A DNA stretch of 45,455 nt from an uncultured Ruminococcus sp. (GCA_964593825.1 CAZQII010000004.1:1-45455); one strand, 5' to 3'; shown: positions 16,697-26,394, counted from the stretch's first letter. Made by a program: numbers and translations. The notes: a model not told the origin generated them from the sequence alone.

Positions 16697-18391
16697 TTAC
16701 AAATATTTGTTTAGAGTAAATCTTGCAAGCCTGATATGCTTTCTTTCCACTGTATATGACATAGCGAGCTCACCGTCGCCGAAAAACTGCACGAAAGGAT
16801 AAAAACAGCTCGTATGCATTTTTGCTTGCAGTACGGTTTCGCTTTTGGTAATGTCTTCGGTATCGATTTTGACGATTCCAATGTGCTCGCGGTCAATAGG
16901 CGCATGAAACAGATATAGGGAACCGTTATAAAAGATAAAATCGCCTCTGGATTGGCAATCTTGAATTTCAATCGGTATTTCCCAAGATTGAGATGCAAGG
17001 TCATATACGGTCAAAAATCCGCATTTGTTGGTATCCTGCTGACGGACGAAATAATAGACCTTATCGCCGAGCACATATGTGGCGTTTTCCCATTTGGAAT
17101 CGTTAATGAAATCGGGTTGTGAAACATATTCCCATGTTATGAGATCGCAGCTTTTGATTATACATGTGAAATCTCCGCTGTAAAGTCCTGAGTAGCAATA
17201 TTTTTTTCCGTTTTCCGTGCGATAAGATTGCTTTTGCATAATTCCGATATCGGAGTACATCTTCTTACATGGAATACCGTTTTCGGCGAGAGCGGATCGA
17301 ATACCGCTTACAGAAAGGTCGTTTACGGTTTTTCCTACTTGAAATTTATTTACGCCGATTTCGCCCATCGTTTTCGTTGAGATTGTAAACGGACAGTAGA
17401 AGCGATAGTAGTTTCCGTCATCCGTGCGCGCGGTCCACAAAACAAAAAGCGTGTCATCGTCCTTTTGCATGAAAATACTGTCATAAACCATATCCACGGT
17501 TTTTTCACCAACCTTGTCACCGGTAGTCTGAAGGTCCAAAAACACCTTATCGTCAATATTGTTTATGTCGGCATAAACAAATCGGGCTGTTTGATTTCGG
17601 GGATCCTCCGACGGCTCCTTTGTATTGGCGTAATACGTCATATAAACCGTATTGTCTATTACCTTAAAGGTAGATACGTGCGCCATTTTATCGCCTTCTT
17701 TTTCAAAATCGGAAACAAAGCAATCGGCTATTTCCTGTGCAAAGATATCGCCCTTCTTAATAATTTCATCCGACACATCCGCAGTTATTGTTCTTGAAAC
17801 ATCTGTAATCGGTGCGCCATCCGAGATGATCAATTCCTTTTCGGTAAGGCAATCGGCGGAAAATACATTTTTCGTCATTTTTTTATTTCTCCATTTGATT
17901 AAAAAATTAAATAAAAATACCAAGATCGACAGTACGGAAACAGATTCGTTCACGCACCCTATGTAAGAGCCTATATGAATATCATATATGAGAAACGACG
18001 TGCAAACGGGAATTGATAAAAGCTTCGTGAGGAACGGATTGTCGATCCAAAGCAAAACCGTTACAAGAGCCGATGCGGCTATTGGGAGTATGTTGAATGC
18101 CGAATAAAAAGTTCTCAGTCCCAGTCCGAAGTTAACGGCGATAAACAAAACAGGCCAAACGATCAGATTTGCCCACCTGTGCTTTTTTTGCTGAACAAAG
18201 ACCAGTTCTCTGAAAATACCGACAAGGTTGGGGATCGCACCTGCCACGCCTCCTATGCACAGGTAGTGACCCACCCAACAAATGTCGGCGGTGAGCTTGG
18301 AACAGAGTATTCCTTTTCGCGTTTTTTGTTGATATACGGAAAAAAGAGCGATCATGGCTCCGATTCCGAAAATCAGTGACGTGATTTTCAT
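16697..18391 (-). CDS. YgjV-family membrane domain fused to a putative beta-propeller glycosidase-like domain (564 aa)
   Basis: Start moved to ATG 18391 (RBS TAAGGA). The first ~170 aa are hydrophobic with Q.K.RK.IL...W..HY...G...GA..N and a later YD..IGS..G..NE, typical of YgjV. The remainder is beta-rich with an SxDLxxW motif. Confidence 0.7.
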   Translation of the reverse strand: MKITSLIFGIGAMIALFSVYQQKTRKGILCSKLTADICWVGHYLCIGGVAGAIPNLVGIFRELVFVQQKKHRWANLIVWPVLFIAVNFGLGLRTFYSAFNILPIAASALVTVLLWIDNPFLTKLLSIPVCTSFLIYDIHIGSYIGCVNESVSVLSILVFLFNFLIKWRNKKMTKNVFSADCLTEKELIISDGAPITDVSRTITADVSDEIIKKGDIFAQEIADCFVSDFEKEGDKMAHVSTFKVIDNTVYMTYYANTKEPSEDPRNQTARFVYADINNIDDKVFLDLQTTGDKVGEKTVDMVYDSIFMQKDDDTLFVLWTARTDDGNYYRFYCPFTISTKTMGEIGVNKFQVGKTVNDLSVSGIRSALAENGIPCKKMYSDIGIMQKQSYRTENGKKYCYSGLYSGDFTCIIKSCDLITWEYVSQPDFINDSKWENATYVLGDKVYYFVRQQDTNKCGFLTVYDLASQSWEIPIEIQDCQSRGDFIFYNGSLYLFHAPIDREHIGIVKIDTEDITKSETVLQAKMHTSCFYPFVQFFGDGELAMSYTVERKHIRLARFTLNKYL

Positions 18392-18522
18392 TTTTAAAAA
18401 TTCCTTATTGAAAAATATTAAGAAATACAGTATAATTATTATATTGGAAAAATAAAGCGAAATCAATCGCTTATATTGGGCAAAATCAATGCTATCTTGC
18501 TTTTTTTGGAGAGGTGAATAAA

Positions 18523-19332
18523 ATGATGGGCACACGCCATGAGGAATACGAGCAGTTTACCGACGGATTACCGTTTGTGTTACATACAGATCTGAAAAGG
18601 AGCAGTATCAATCGAAGCGAAGATAATAATTGGCATGAAAATTTGGAAATACAGCTTTGCACCGAGGGATGCGGAACGGTCCTGCTGAACGGAGAACGTA
18701 TTTCATTCAACAAAAACGATATTGTTGCGGTGAATTCAAATGTTCTTCATCATACGGGAACAGACACTGAGCTTACATACAGCTGCCTTATTGTAAGCAC
18801 CGATTTTTGCAAGCAAGTGGGCCTAGATCCGAATTTCATATTTTTCGAGTCGCTTATTCAAAGCACCGTCCTTGTTAAGCTGTTTGAAGATTTAGTGAGC
18901 ATTTATTCAAATACCGCAGACCTATGCCGTGCGGCAAGATTGAATAAAACCGTGCTTGAAATATTGATCGAGCTTGCTGAGCGTCATATGTCATTGAAAA
19001 ACGCAAGAGTATGTGACATAAGAAAATTCGAAACCGTGAAAAAGGCCGTCACATATATCAGAGATAATTACACAAGAAGGCTCATAATAGATGAAATATC
19101 GAGGGCTGTTTTATACGATAAATATGCATTATGCAGAGAATTCAAAAGGCTTACAGGACAAACGATTATCGAAAATCTAAACAACTATCGATGCGTTAAG
19201 GCAATTGAGCTTTTATCCGAAGGATATACCGTTGCTCAAACCGCGAATTTGTGCGGCTTTGTTAACCTGTCTTTTTTTACTAAAACATTTAAAAAATATG
19301 TCGGCAAGCTTCCGTCGGAGTATAAAAAATAG
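18523..19332 (+). CDS. AraC-family transcriptional regulator
   Basis: Cupin motif NWHENLEI and C-terminal double HTH (CGFVNLSFFTKTFKKYVGKLPSEY). ATG 18523 follows GGAGAGG. Confidence 0.92.
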   Translation: MMGTRHEEYEQFTDGLPFVLHTDLKRSSINRSEDNNWHENLEIQLCTEGCGTVLLNGERISFNKNDIVAVNSNVLHHTGTDTELTYSCLIVSTDFCKQVGLDPNFIFFESLIQSTVLVKLFEDLVSIYSNTADLCRAARLNKTVLEILIELAERHMSLKNARVCDIRKFETVKKAVTYIRDNYTRRLIIDEISRAVLYDKYALCREFKRLTGQTIIENLNNYRCVKAIELLSEGYTVAQTANLCGFVNLSFFTKTFKKYVGKLPSEYKK

Positions 19333-19356
19333 AATAGGATATCTAAACCGAAAATA

Positions 19357-19386
19357 AATGAGCTCGGGAAATTTGCCGAGCTCATT
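19357..19386. terminator. Hairpin between the convergent araC and eamA genes
   Basis: AATGAGCTCGG-8 nt-CCGAGCTCATT. Confidence 0.65.
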
Positions 19387-19457
19387 CGCAGGTTATTCGG
19401 TATTTAAGAATTTGGGTTCGCCTTGGCATTCGTTCTTTCGTTTTTTTAGCAGAGCTT

Positions 19458-20366
19458 TTATGCAAGCGGATCACATAAAAACAGAACCGAAAGGATCCCG
19501 ATGACCACACCGAGCCATTGCTTTTTCGAAAGCCTTTCCTTAAACAGCACTACCGCCGCCAACGTAGTCAGCACAAGGCCTCCGCCGTTAACGATAGGGA
19601 AAAACACCGCGCTGTCCATGACACCCGAAAGATAGAGATTTAATTTGTTGTTGACAGCTACGCAGACTCCGCTTGCGAGCATTATAGCAAGAGAAAGCCA
19701 AAGCTGCTTTTTATTTTTAACGGACCTTTCGCTTGCATCGGAAGATCGCCCGTTACGCATACTCGAAAATACGGTGAAGATCAGGCAAAGGACCGCCGAT
19801 GAAACAAAAGCAATGATCAGAAACGCGTTGAGCTCATCGCGGCAGTCGGAGCTTTGATGCACCTTTTGCATAACTCCGATTCCTCCGGTCGCGGCAAAGG
19901 CGCTCAGGCAGAGAAGAAGCCATTTTATATTCGCCCTTTTATCATTTCCGCCGTCCTTTGCGGCAAGCACAAAGCTTGCAAGCATCAGCACGATGCCCAC
20001 GGCCTGCGCCCAAGCCAGGCTTTCGTCGAAGAGCAGTACACCCGACAGGGCGGATATCAATGTGGAGAAGGATATGATGACCGAGGTGTAAGACATGGGC
20101 CCGACCTGCAGAGCGGCTATATTTGTGACTCCTTGAAGGGCTGTTGCCGCACCGAAAACCGTGCCGAGTATCGCGGTAAAGGCGGACACCGAGCCGATGC
20201 CGCCCCAAAAAAGCAGGATGACAGCGGCACTCAGGTTGCCGACGGCGTTGAAGATCAAGCCGCCCGAGGCTCCCGCAGGGCTCTCCTTGTCGATGTAGTA
20301 TTTCTTTGTTATGTTGCCGCAGAGAGCCGCGGCAAGAGATATGATGAGGGTAAGCGCTATGCTCAT
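19458..20366 (-). CDS. EamA/DMT-family transporter
   Basis: About 10 TM segments in two repeats, with GPMSYT, LLFDESL and LFKERLSKKQWLG. Its ATG overlaps the GH36 stop (ATGA). Confidence 0.88.
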   Translation of the reverse strand: MSIALTLIISLAAALCGNITKKYYIDKESPAGASGGLIFNAVGNLSAAVILLFWGGIGSVSAFTAILGTVFGAATALQGVTNIAALQVGPMSYTSVIISFSTLISALSGVLLFDESLAWAQAVGIVLMLASFVLAAKDGGNDKRANIKWLLLCLSAFAATGGIGVMQKVHQSSDCRDELNAFLIIAFVSSAVLCLIFTVFSSMRNGRSSDASERSVKNKKQLWLSLAIMLASGVCVAVNNKLNLYLSGVMDSAVFFPIVNGGGLVLTTLAAVVLFKERLSKKQWLGVVIGILSVLFLCDPLA

Positions 20367-22384
20367 TTCTTCTTGACCCATAAAAGCCTAGCCGTGCGCG
20401 GCTCGTCAAAGTGAAGCGATATAATGCCGTCCGTCTCGGTCACATCTTTGCTGTCCTCGTCGGTAAGGGTGTATCTGTCGGACACACTCGCGAACGGCAA
20501 CGACAGCGTAAGCTCCGTGCGCGCGCATTCCTCTTGGCGGAAAGCCAATATAACGCCCGCTTCGTCTTCGGGATCGTAATAACAGAAGGCGCAGAAATCG
20601 GTATTGTCCTTTTCCGTGTGCCAAGGCGTGAGAATGTAGAATTCCTTGAGCAAATAAGGCGCAACTCTCTTCCATTCTCCGAGTCCGAAGCGGAGCATAT
20701 CGAAGTTCTGACTTTCATCGTATACGTACTGTGAATCGATGTTGAGCACGGGGAGATATGACGCGCGCCAAACGTACGGATCGCTGACGCCCGTAGAGGC
20801 GAGCTCATGCATTTTTTCTCTTGTATTTGCTCCGCAGAACGGGATCCATTTATTGAAGGCGGTCGTCATGGAAAGACGGAGCGCGGATGACGTTCTGTCG
20901 CTGTCGCTTCTGAGCAGGGGAAAGCCGCGGCGCATGGATTCGAGGTCGTTTCTTCCGCCGCCGGAGGCGCAGGAATCAACACAGCCGCATCCGCCGTAGG
21001 AGAGGGTGCAGGCGATAATGTCGTCCCACATTTTGTAGTGGTTTATAATAAGCTTGGATTCCGTGATTCCGCGCCTGTTTTCGCCCTCCGCTCCGTCGAG
21101 ATGCTTCCAGAGCCTTGCGGCGTTGCAGTTGTTGTCCTCACGGTACATCTCCACCTTGTTTTCGCGGAGCATTTTACATATTCGATCGGTCGTCCATTTG
21201 AGGCATTCCGGATCTCCGATGTTGTTCGAGATCGCGGTCTCGCCCTCCATGCGGATCGCCCAATCCGTATTGTAGCCGTAGTTTTTCGCGAGATTTTCGG
21301 GATCGGTCACGCGCTCCGGCTCAAACCAAACGAGAGTCTTCATGCCGTGCGCGCGAGCAAATTCCGTTGATTCGAGGAAGGTCTTTCCCGGCCATTTTGC
21401 GGGGTCGAGCTCCCATGTTCCGACCGTGTCCCACCAATCGTGCCCCTTAACGTACGACTGCGCGCTTGTCCCGTCGGGGCTTATGTACCAGCCTGCGTCA
21501 AACCACCTGAAATCCGCCTTTATGTTTTCGGAAAGGATTTTTTTGAGCGACGGCTTCCATGTGCTGTGGCACTCGGAGATGCTGCCGTCGGAATTCGGCA
21601 CACCGGTATCGTTTGCGAGAAAGCAGGTTGAAAAGGGCTGAAGATCGGCGCCCGAGGCATCTGCCTTCGGCAAATTGTATTTGATGAACCAATCGCGCCA
21701 GAGGTTCGTCGCATAATGCTCGTTTCTTACGGTGTAAGGAGCGAGGACGAAGAGCGCGGAGCGGATCTTTTCGCCCGGCTTCAGATAGGATTTAAGGCCG
21801 TTGACAGAGCTTGCGGTGTATGTGCTTACATTGCCTCGGGAAGAAAAAACGGCTCTCCATGTTCCGGCCCAGCCGATCGCGAGCATGGCGCCGCCGTCAC
21901 CGTATTCCAAATTGAAATAAGGAAAGTTGATGTGCGTGGCGCGCCCGGAGTCGGATGAAAGCTCTACCGTGTTATTTTGCAGATCGATGCTGTACGGTCT
22001 GTATTGATTTACATGATCTCCTAAAATTCCTTTCAAAGCGGGATAAGTTCCTTCGAAGGACAGCTCTGTTTTTAAATCTTCGATAACGCCGCTGTTCGTG
22101 TCCGATGTGTTTTCGAGCCATACCGTCCACTCGGTGATGCCGTGAGAAAAATAGTGCGAAAGGATCAGCGTGACCTCAAGCGTATTTAAAAACAAAAGCT
22201 TAAAGGTTCGTGTTTCCTTATCGCCCGAGCGTACGGTCTCCTTGTCCTTAAGAACGAAATGCTCCGGTGAAAAGCCCTTGTACTCCATGCCGTCATAAAT
22301 AAACGAAAACGGAATAGCCGATAAATCCGCGCACAGTGCGCGGTATGCATCGCTCGCATGTGAATTTTCATAATTTCTTTTCAT
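20363..22384 (-). CDS. GH36-like alpha-galactosidase (clan GH-D)
   Basis: WFDAGWY, G.WE.DPAKWP, LVWFEPERV, YREDNN, DSCASGGGRND and LRSD. ATG 22384 with RBS AAAGGAG. Confidence 0.8.
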   Translation of the reverse strand: MKRNYENSHASDAYRALCADLSAIPFSFIYDGMEYKGFSPEHFVLKDKETVRSGDKETRTFKLLFLNTLEVTLILSHYFSHGITEWTVWLENTSDTNSGVIEDLKTELSFEGTYPALKGILGDHVNQYRPYSIDLQNNTVELSSDSGRATHINFPYFNLEYGDGGAMLAIGWAGTWRAVFSSRGNVSTYTASSVNGLKSYLKPGEKIRSALFVLAPYTVRNEHYATNLWRDWFIKYNLPKADASGADLQPFSTCFLANDTGVPNSDGSISECHSTWKPSLKKILSENIKADFRWFDAGWYISPDGTSAQSYVKGHDWWDTVGTWELDPAKWPGKTFLESTEFARAHGMKTLVWFEPERVTDPENLAKNYGYNTDWAIRMEGETAISNNIGDPECLKWTTDRICKMLRENKVEMYREDNNCNAARLWKHLDGAEGENRRGITESKLIINHYKMWDDIIACTLSYGGCGCVDSCASGGGRNDLESMRRGFPLLRSDSDRTSSALRLSMTTAFNKWIPFCGANTREKMHELASTGVSDPYVWRASYLPVLNIDSQYVYDESQNFDMLRFGLGEWKRVAPYLLKEFYILTPWHTEKDNTDFCAFCYYDPEDEAGVILAFRQEECARTELTLSLPFASVSDRYTLTDEDSKDVTETDGIISLHFDEPRTARLLWVKKK

Positions 22385-22414
22385 GATAATTTCTCCTTTA
22401 TATGCTGTTGCCGG

Positions 22415-22443
22415 TTGACAAAAGCACATATATATGCTATTAT
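22415..22443 (+). promoter_or_regulatory. Sigma-A promoter for araC
   Basis: TTGACA-17-TATTAT with TGn extension. Confidence 0.65.
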
Positions 22444-22515
22444 ATCATTGGAATTATTACATTTATATACTTTTTCCTTCATTTTATATGAAATTTCAAT
22501 CATCAGGAGAAAAAC

Positions 22516-23367
22516 ATGTACGAGCCCAAATATTTGCCGCAGCTGAACGAAGCGATAAGAAGCTTTTCGGGCATGCGCTTTTCTGTCGTCCGTGATAAAA
22601 AGCAACGCTGCGATGCTCTCGGCACCGACCCCTTGCATATTCATAACTGCCTGGAAATTTTCCTTAATGTCGCAAGCGATGTATCCTTCGTTGTAAACGG
22701 CAATATATATTCCGTTCCCGTCGGAGATGCGGTAGTATCGCGCCCCGGAGATATACACATGGGTATTTTTCATACATCCGCCGCGCAGGAGCATATATGC
22801 ATCTGGATTGACACGGATTTTGCCTCTCCGATATTCTCATTTCTGCGTAAAGAGAGCTTTTGTCCCTTATTTTCCTTTGATGCGAGGGAGAGGGAAGAAT
22901 TGCGGCTTCTTGTCTTCGAGCTGCTCGGCATATGCGAGAAGGGAGGCACGGAGTCGGAAAAGCTGTCGCTATTGCTCAGAATTTTAACGGTATTCGAAAA
23001 GAAAACGCCCCGCCGAGCCGAGCAGGCGAATATTCCCGAGCCGCTTCAAAGAATACTTAAGGATATTTATGAAAATTTTGCCGAGATAAGAAGCGTCAAC
23101 GATATTTTAAGATCCCACTTTGTAAGCTCCGCAACCCTGACGCGTTGGTTTCGGAAATACCTCTTTTTATCCCCGCGGCAGTACCTCGAATCGGTCAGGC
23201 TCTCCAATGCGGAGGCTCTGCTTTTGAGCGGCCGCTCCGTAACTGAGGCATGCATGCTCTCGGGCTTCTCGGATTGCTCGCATTTTGTTGTCCTCTTCAA
23301 AAAGAAATTCGGAGAAACGCCTCTCAAATATAAAAAGAAATGCAAGACCGATTCGGTCTTCGATTAA
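22516..23367 (+). CDS. AraC-family transcriptional regulator
   Basis: LHIHNCLEI cupin and C-terminal HTH SGFSDCSHFVVLFKKKFGETPLKY. Confidence 0.92.
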   Translation: MYEPKYLPQLNEAIRSFSGMRFSVVRDKKQRCDALGTDPLHIHNCLEIFLNVASDVSFVVNGNIYSVPVGDAVVSRPGDIHMGIFHTSAAQEHICIWIDTDFASPIFSFLRKESFCPLFSFDAREREELRLLVFELLGICEKGGTESEKLSLLLRILTVFEKKTPRRAEQANIPEPLQRILKDIYENFAEIRSVNDILRSHFVSSATLTRWFRKYLFLSPRQYLESVRLSNAEALLLSGRSVTEACMLSGFSDCSHFVVLFKKKFGETPLKYKKKCKTDSVFD

Positions 23368-23477
23368 AAATGAATTTATGCGATTGAAAAATCGCATAAA
23401 TTCCACCCGCACGTATTGCAATTTGAAAATTTATTTGTTAAAATGATTACGTAGAATCTCATTTTTCGGAGGTCACC

Positions 23478-25469
23478 GTGAAGAACAGCATATTTGATAT
23501 CGAATTCGATAAAGAGAGCGGAACGATCGGCAAAATATCCTTGGTGAATGATGTAAATAACATGAATTGGTGTGCGTCCGACGGAAAATGGGGACGCCCG
23601 CATAACGAAACGTTCAATGACGAATTCGAGGAGTGGCGGGAAAGAATAAATTTTGAGCTCTCGGAATTTCGAGAGGATGAAAATAGTGCGATATCCGTTT
23701 ATTCCAACGGTTATATCGATGTCACGGTCGAAAGGACGTTTGATAAGGACGGAAATCTGAGAGAAAAATATACCTTGAAAAATCCTCGGTATGCGGACCT
23801 GTTTTTGAGCGAGCATAATTTTGCGATAGAGGTTCCTTTAAACGACAGATATACATATGCGGACGAATGTATGATACATCATTGCAATGCTCATATATGG
23901 TGCGGTCATAATACGACATATATAAATGCCCTGAAGATGGGTCCCTCAAACGAAAACCTGGGGCTCGTCGTCGTAAAGGGAGCCTTCAACAGCTACAGCG
24001 TTCAAAATTGCAAAAGCAACAGCAGAGGAATTTTTTTGCTGAATATTGCTCCGACCGAGCTTAAGGAGGGGGAGGAGCATATTGTCGAGTGGGTCGTTTT
24101 TCCTCACCGCGGAAAGGCGGATTTTAAGGAAAAGGCGAAAGGATATCCGAGCTTTATCGACATTGCCGCAGAGCATTATACATTGTTTCGGGGCGAGAGG
24201 ATATGCTTCACGGCGCAGTCATGCGAGGGGTGCGAGGATGTGAGCATATATGATGCGGATGGCGGCATTCCTTTTTCTTGCGAGGGAGGCACGGTCACCG
24301 TTTCGTATCTGCCGCCGCGGCTCGGGGAGTACCGAATATGGATCAGGATCGGAGCGCATCTTACATTCGCCGATTTTATTTTGAAGGAGAGCTTTGAGAC
24401 TCTGGTTGAAAATCGCGTGCGCTTTATAGTCGAAAGGCAGCAGTACTTAAGAGAGGGAAGCAAGCTCGACGGAGCGTTCTTGATCTACGACAATAAGCAG
24501 GAGCATCTTATATTCGAGGAATGCCTTGGTGATCACAGCGCAAGCCGCGAGAGGCTCGGAATGATTCTCCTTTTGGGTAAATATCTGCAAAGACACTGTA
24601 ATGAGCGGTACTTTCACGCCTATATAAAGGCCGTGGAATATGTGAAGCGGGAGCTCTTTGACGAAAAAACGGGAAATGTATATGCCGACCTCGGAAAAAG
24701 CGATAAGCGCGTCCGCCTCTATAATGCGCCGTGGGTCTCAACGCTGTTCACGGAGGCCTATCTTTTGACGGGCGAGAAGATATATTTGGATTATGTTATG
24801 ACGCTGCTCGAAAACTATTATCGGATCGGCGGGGGCAAGTTTTACCCGAACGGTATATCGCTCCTGAAGACGGCGCGCGCGTTTAAGGCGGCAAAAACGG
24901 AGGTGGAATACAATGCGGCGGTCGAAATGCTCGGAGGCCATGTTGACAATATGATAAAGAACAAAACATCGTATCCGCGGCATGAGGTCAATTTCGAGCA
25001 GACCATAGTATCGCCCGCGGCAACGTTCATTTCGGAGTTTGCCGAGCTTACCGGCGATAAAAAATACGCGGAGGAAGCAAGGCCGCATATAGAGGTCCTG
25101 GAGCGATTCAACGGCTCGCAGCCGAGCTTCCATCTGAATGAGATCCCGATAAGATATTGGGATGATTTTTGGTTCGGCGACAGCATGCTTATGGGCGACA
25201 CCTTCCCGCATTATTGGAGCTGCCTTACGGCCAGGTCGTTTTATGCTTACTATAAGGTGTCCGGAGATAAAGAATATCTCGATTCGGCGAAGGAGTGCAT
25301 GCGCAACTGTATGTGCCTGTTTTCCGACGGCGGCAGAGGCTCCGCGGCGTATATTTATCCCTACAAGCTCGGCAAGGCCTTCGGTGAGAGATATGACAAT
25401 TGGGCGAACGATCAGGATTTCGCACTCTATTTCGCCCTGGACATGGGAATATTCGATGACGGAATATGA
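23478..25469 (+). CDS. Six-hairpin (alpha/alpha)6 glycosidase-like protein of unknown specificity
   Basis: 663 aa, GTG start with GGAGG. Beta-rich N-terminus and a helical C-terminus with RLYNAPW, HEVNFEQ, RYWDDFWFG, GDTFPHYWS and ANDQDFALY. Confidence 0.6.
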   Translation: MKNSIFDIEFDKESGTIGKISLVNDVNNMNWCASDGKWGRPHNETFNDEFEEWRERINFELSEFREDENSAISVYSNGYIDVTVERTFDKDGNLREKYTLKNPRYADLFLSEHNFAIEVPLNDRYTYADECMIHHCNAHIWCGHNTTYINALKMGPSNENLGLVVVKGAFNSYSVQNCKSNSRGIFLLNIAPTELKEGEEHIVEWVVFPHRGKADFKEKAKGYPSFIDIAAEHYTLFRGERICFTAQSCEGCEDVSIYDADGGIPFSCEGGTVTVSYLPPRLGEYRIWIRIGAHLTFADFILKESFETLVENRVRFIVERQQYLREGSKLDGAFLIYDNKQEHLIFEECLGDHSASRERLGMILLLGKYLQRHCNERYFHAYIKAVEYVKRELFDEKTGNVYADLGKSDKRVRLYNAPWVSTLFTEAYLLTGEKIYLDYVMTLLENYYRIGGGKFYPNGISLLKTARAFKAAKTEVEYNAAVEMLGGHVDNMIKNKTSYPRHEVNFEQTIVSPAATFISEFAELTGDKKYAEEARPHIEVLERFNGSQPSFHLNEIPIRYWDDFWFGDSMLMGDTFPHYWSCLTARSFYAYYKVSGDKEYLDSAKECMRNCMCLFSDGGRGSAAYIYPYKLGKAFGERYDNWANDQDFALYFALDMGIFDDGI

Positions 25470-25640
25470 GTTTTTTCGGCGCGTTAGGGAAAATGCTTCC
25501 TTTTTAGGCATGGGACGAAAAATTTAATGCGAAAATTCTAAAAAAAGAGATTTGTGTCATATTTTCGGCTTGACTTTTCTTGAAAATTATATTATAATAT
25601 ATTAACAAACAAATTTGAAATCTCAGAAAGGACAACGGGT

Positions 25641-26306
25641 ATGGAAGTATTGGTCTGCATTATTATCGGTTATTTTATCGGCTGTATAAATCCTTCGTAT
25701 TTTATCGGAAGATTTAAGGGCGTTGATATAAAGAAGAACGGCTCGGGAAATGCGGGTGCGTCAAATGCGCTCATACTTTTCGGCAAGCTCTACGGTGCGT
25801 TTTGCGTATTCTTCGATTTCACGAAGGCGTGGTTCGCGCTTTGGCTTGCGCAGAAATTGTTTGCGCAGTTTGAGTATGCCTTTGCGATAACCGCCGTGTC
25901 TGTCATTCTCGGTCATATTTTCCCGTTCTATATGCGCTTTCGCGGCGGAAAGGGGCTCGCATGCTTCGGCGGAATGGTTTTGAATTATGATTGGAAGGTA
26001 TTTTGCATAATGCTTGCCGGTGCCGTAGTCATCGTTCTTGTCACGAATTATATTTGCTTTGTTCCCATGACCGCGGCTGTAGTTTTTCCGCTGATCTACG
26101 GTATACAGAGGAGCGATCTGATCGGCGCGCTTCTGTTTCTTGCACCTGCCGCCGTCATCTTGATCAAGCACGTTGAAAATCTCAAGAGGATCAAAAGCGG
26201 TGTGGAATTCAGATTCAGCTTTCTTTGGAACAGGCAACGCGAGCTTGTCAGGATGAATATCGTTACAGATGATACTGCCGAAGAGCAGCAGTCGTATACA
26301 AACTGA
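25641..26306 (+). CDS. plsY: Acyl-phosphate:glycerol-3-phosphate acyltransferase (paralog 1)
   Basis: GSGNAGASN, D..K, GHIFP, F.GGKG and KH.ENL.R. Promoter TTGACT-17-TATAAT at 25570-25598. Confidence 0.9.
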   Translation: MEVLVCIIIGYFIGCINPSYFIGRFKGVDIKKNGSGNAGASNALILFGKLYGAFCVFFDFTKAWFALWLAQKLFAQFEYAFAITAVSVILGHIFPFYMRFRGGKGLACFGGMVLNYDWKVFCIMLAGAVVIVLVTNYICFVPMTAAVVFPLIYGIQRSDLIGALLFLAPAAVILIKHVENLKRIKSGVEFRFSFLWNRQRELVRMNIVTDDTAEEQQSYTN

Positions 26307-26308
26307 AT

Positions 26309-26370
26309 AAAAAAGGATACAGATCTGCGGTGCGCATAAAGCGGAGTCCGCGCTGTATCCTTCTTTTTTT
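26309..26370. terminator. Bidirectional terminator
   Basis: AAGGATACAG...CTGTATCCTT with flanking A and T runs. Confidence 0.7.
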
Positions 26371-26394
26371 ATTTGTATTTTCGCACTGCGGAGA

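Noticed and set aside
25570-25598. TTGA repeats before plsY paralog 1 as a third TCS site
   Set aside because: Only two copies at 10-bp spacing, and the first is simply the -35 of a canonical promoter.
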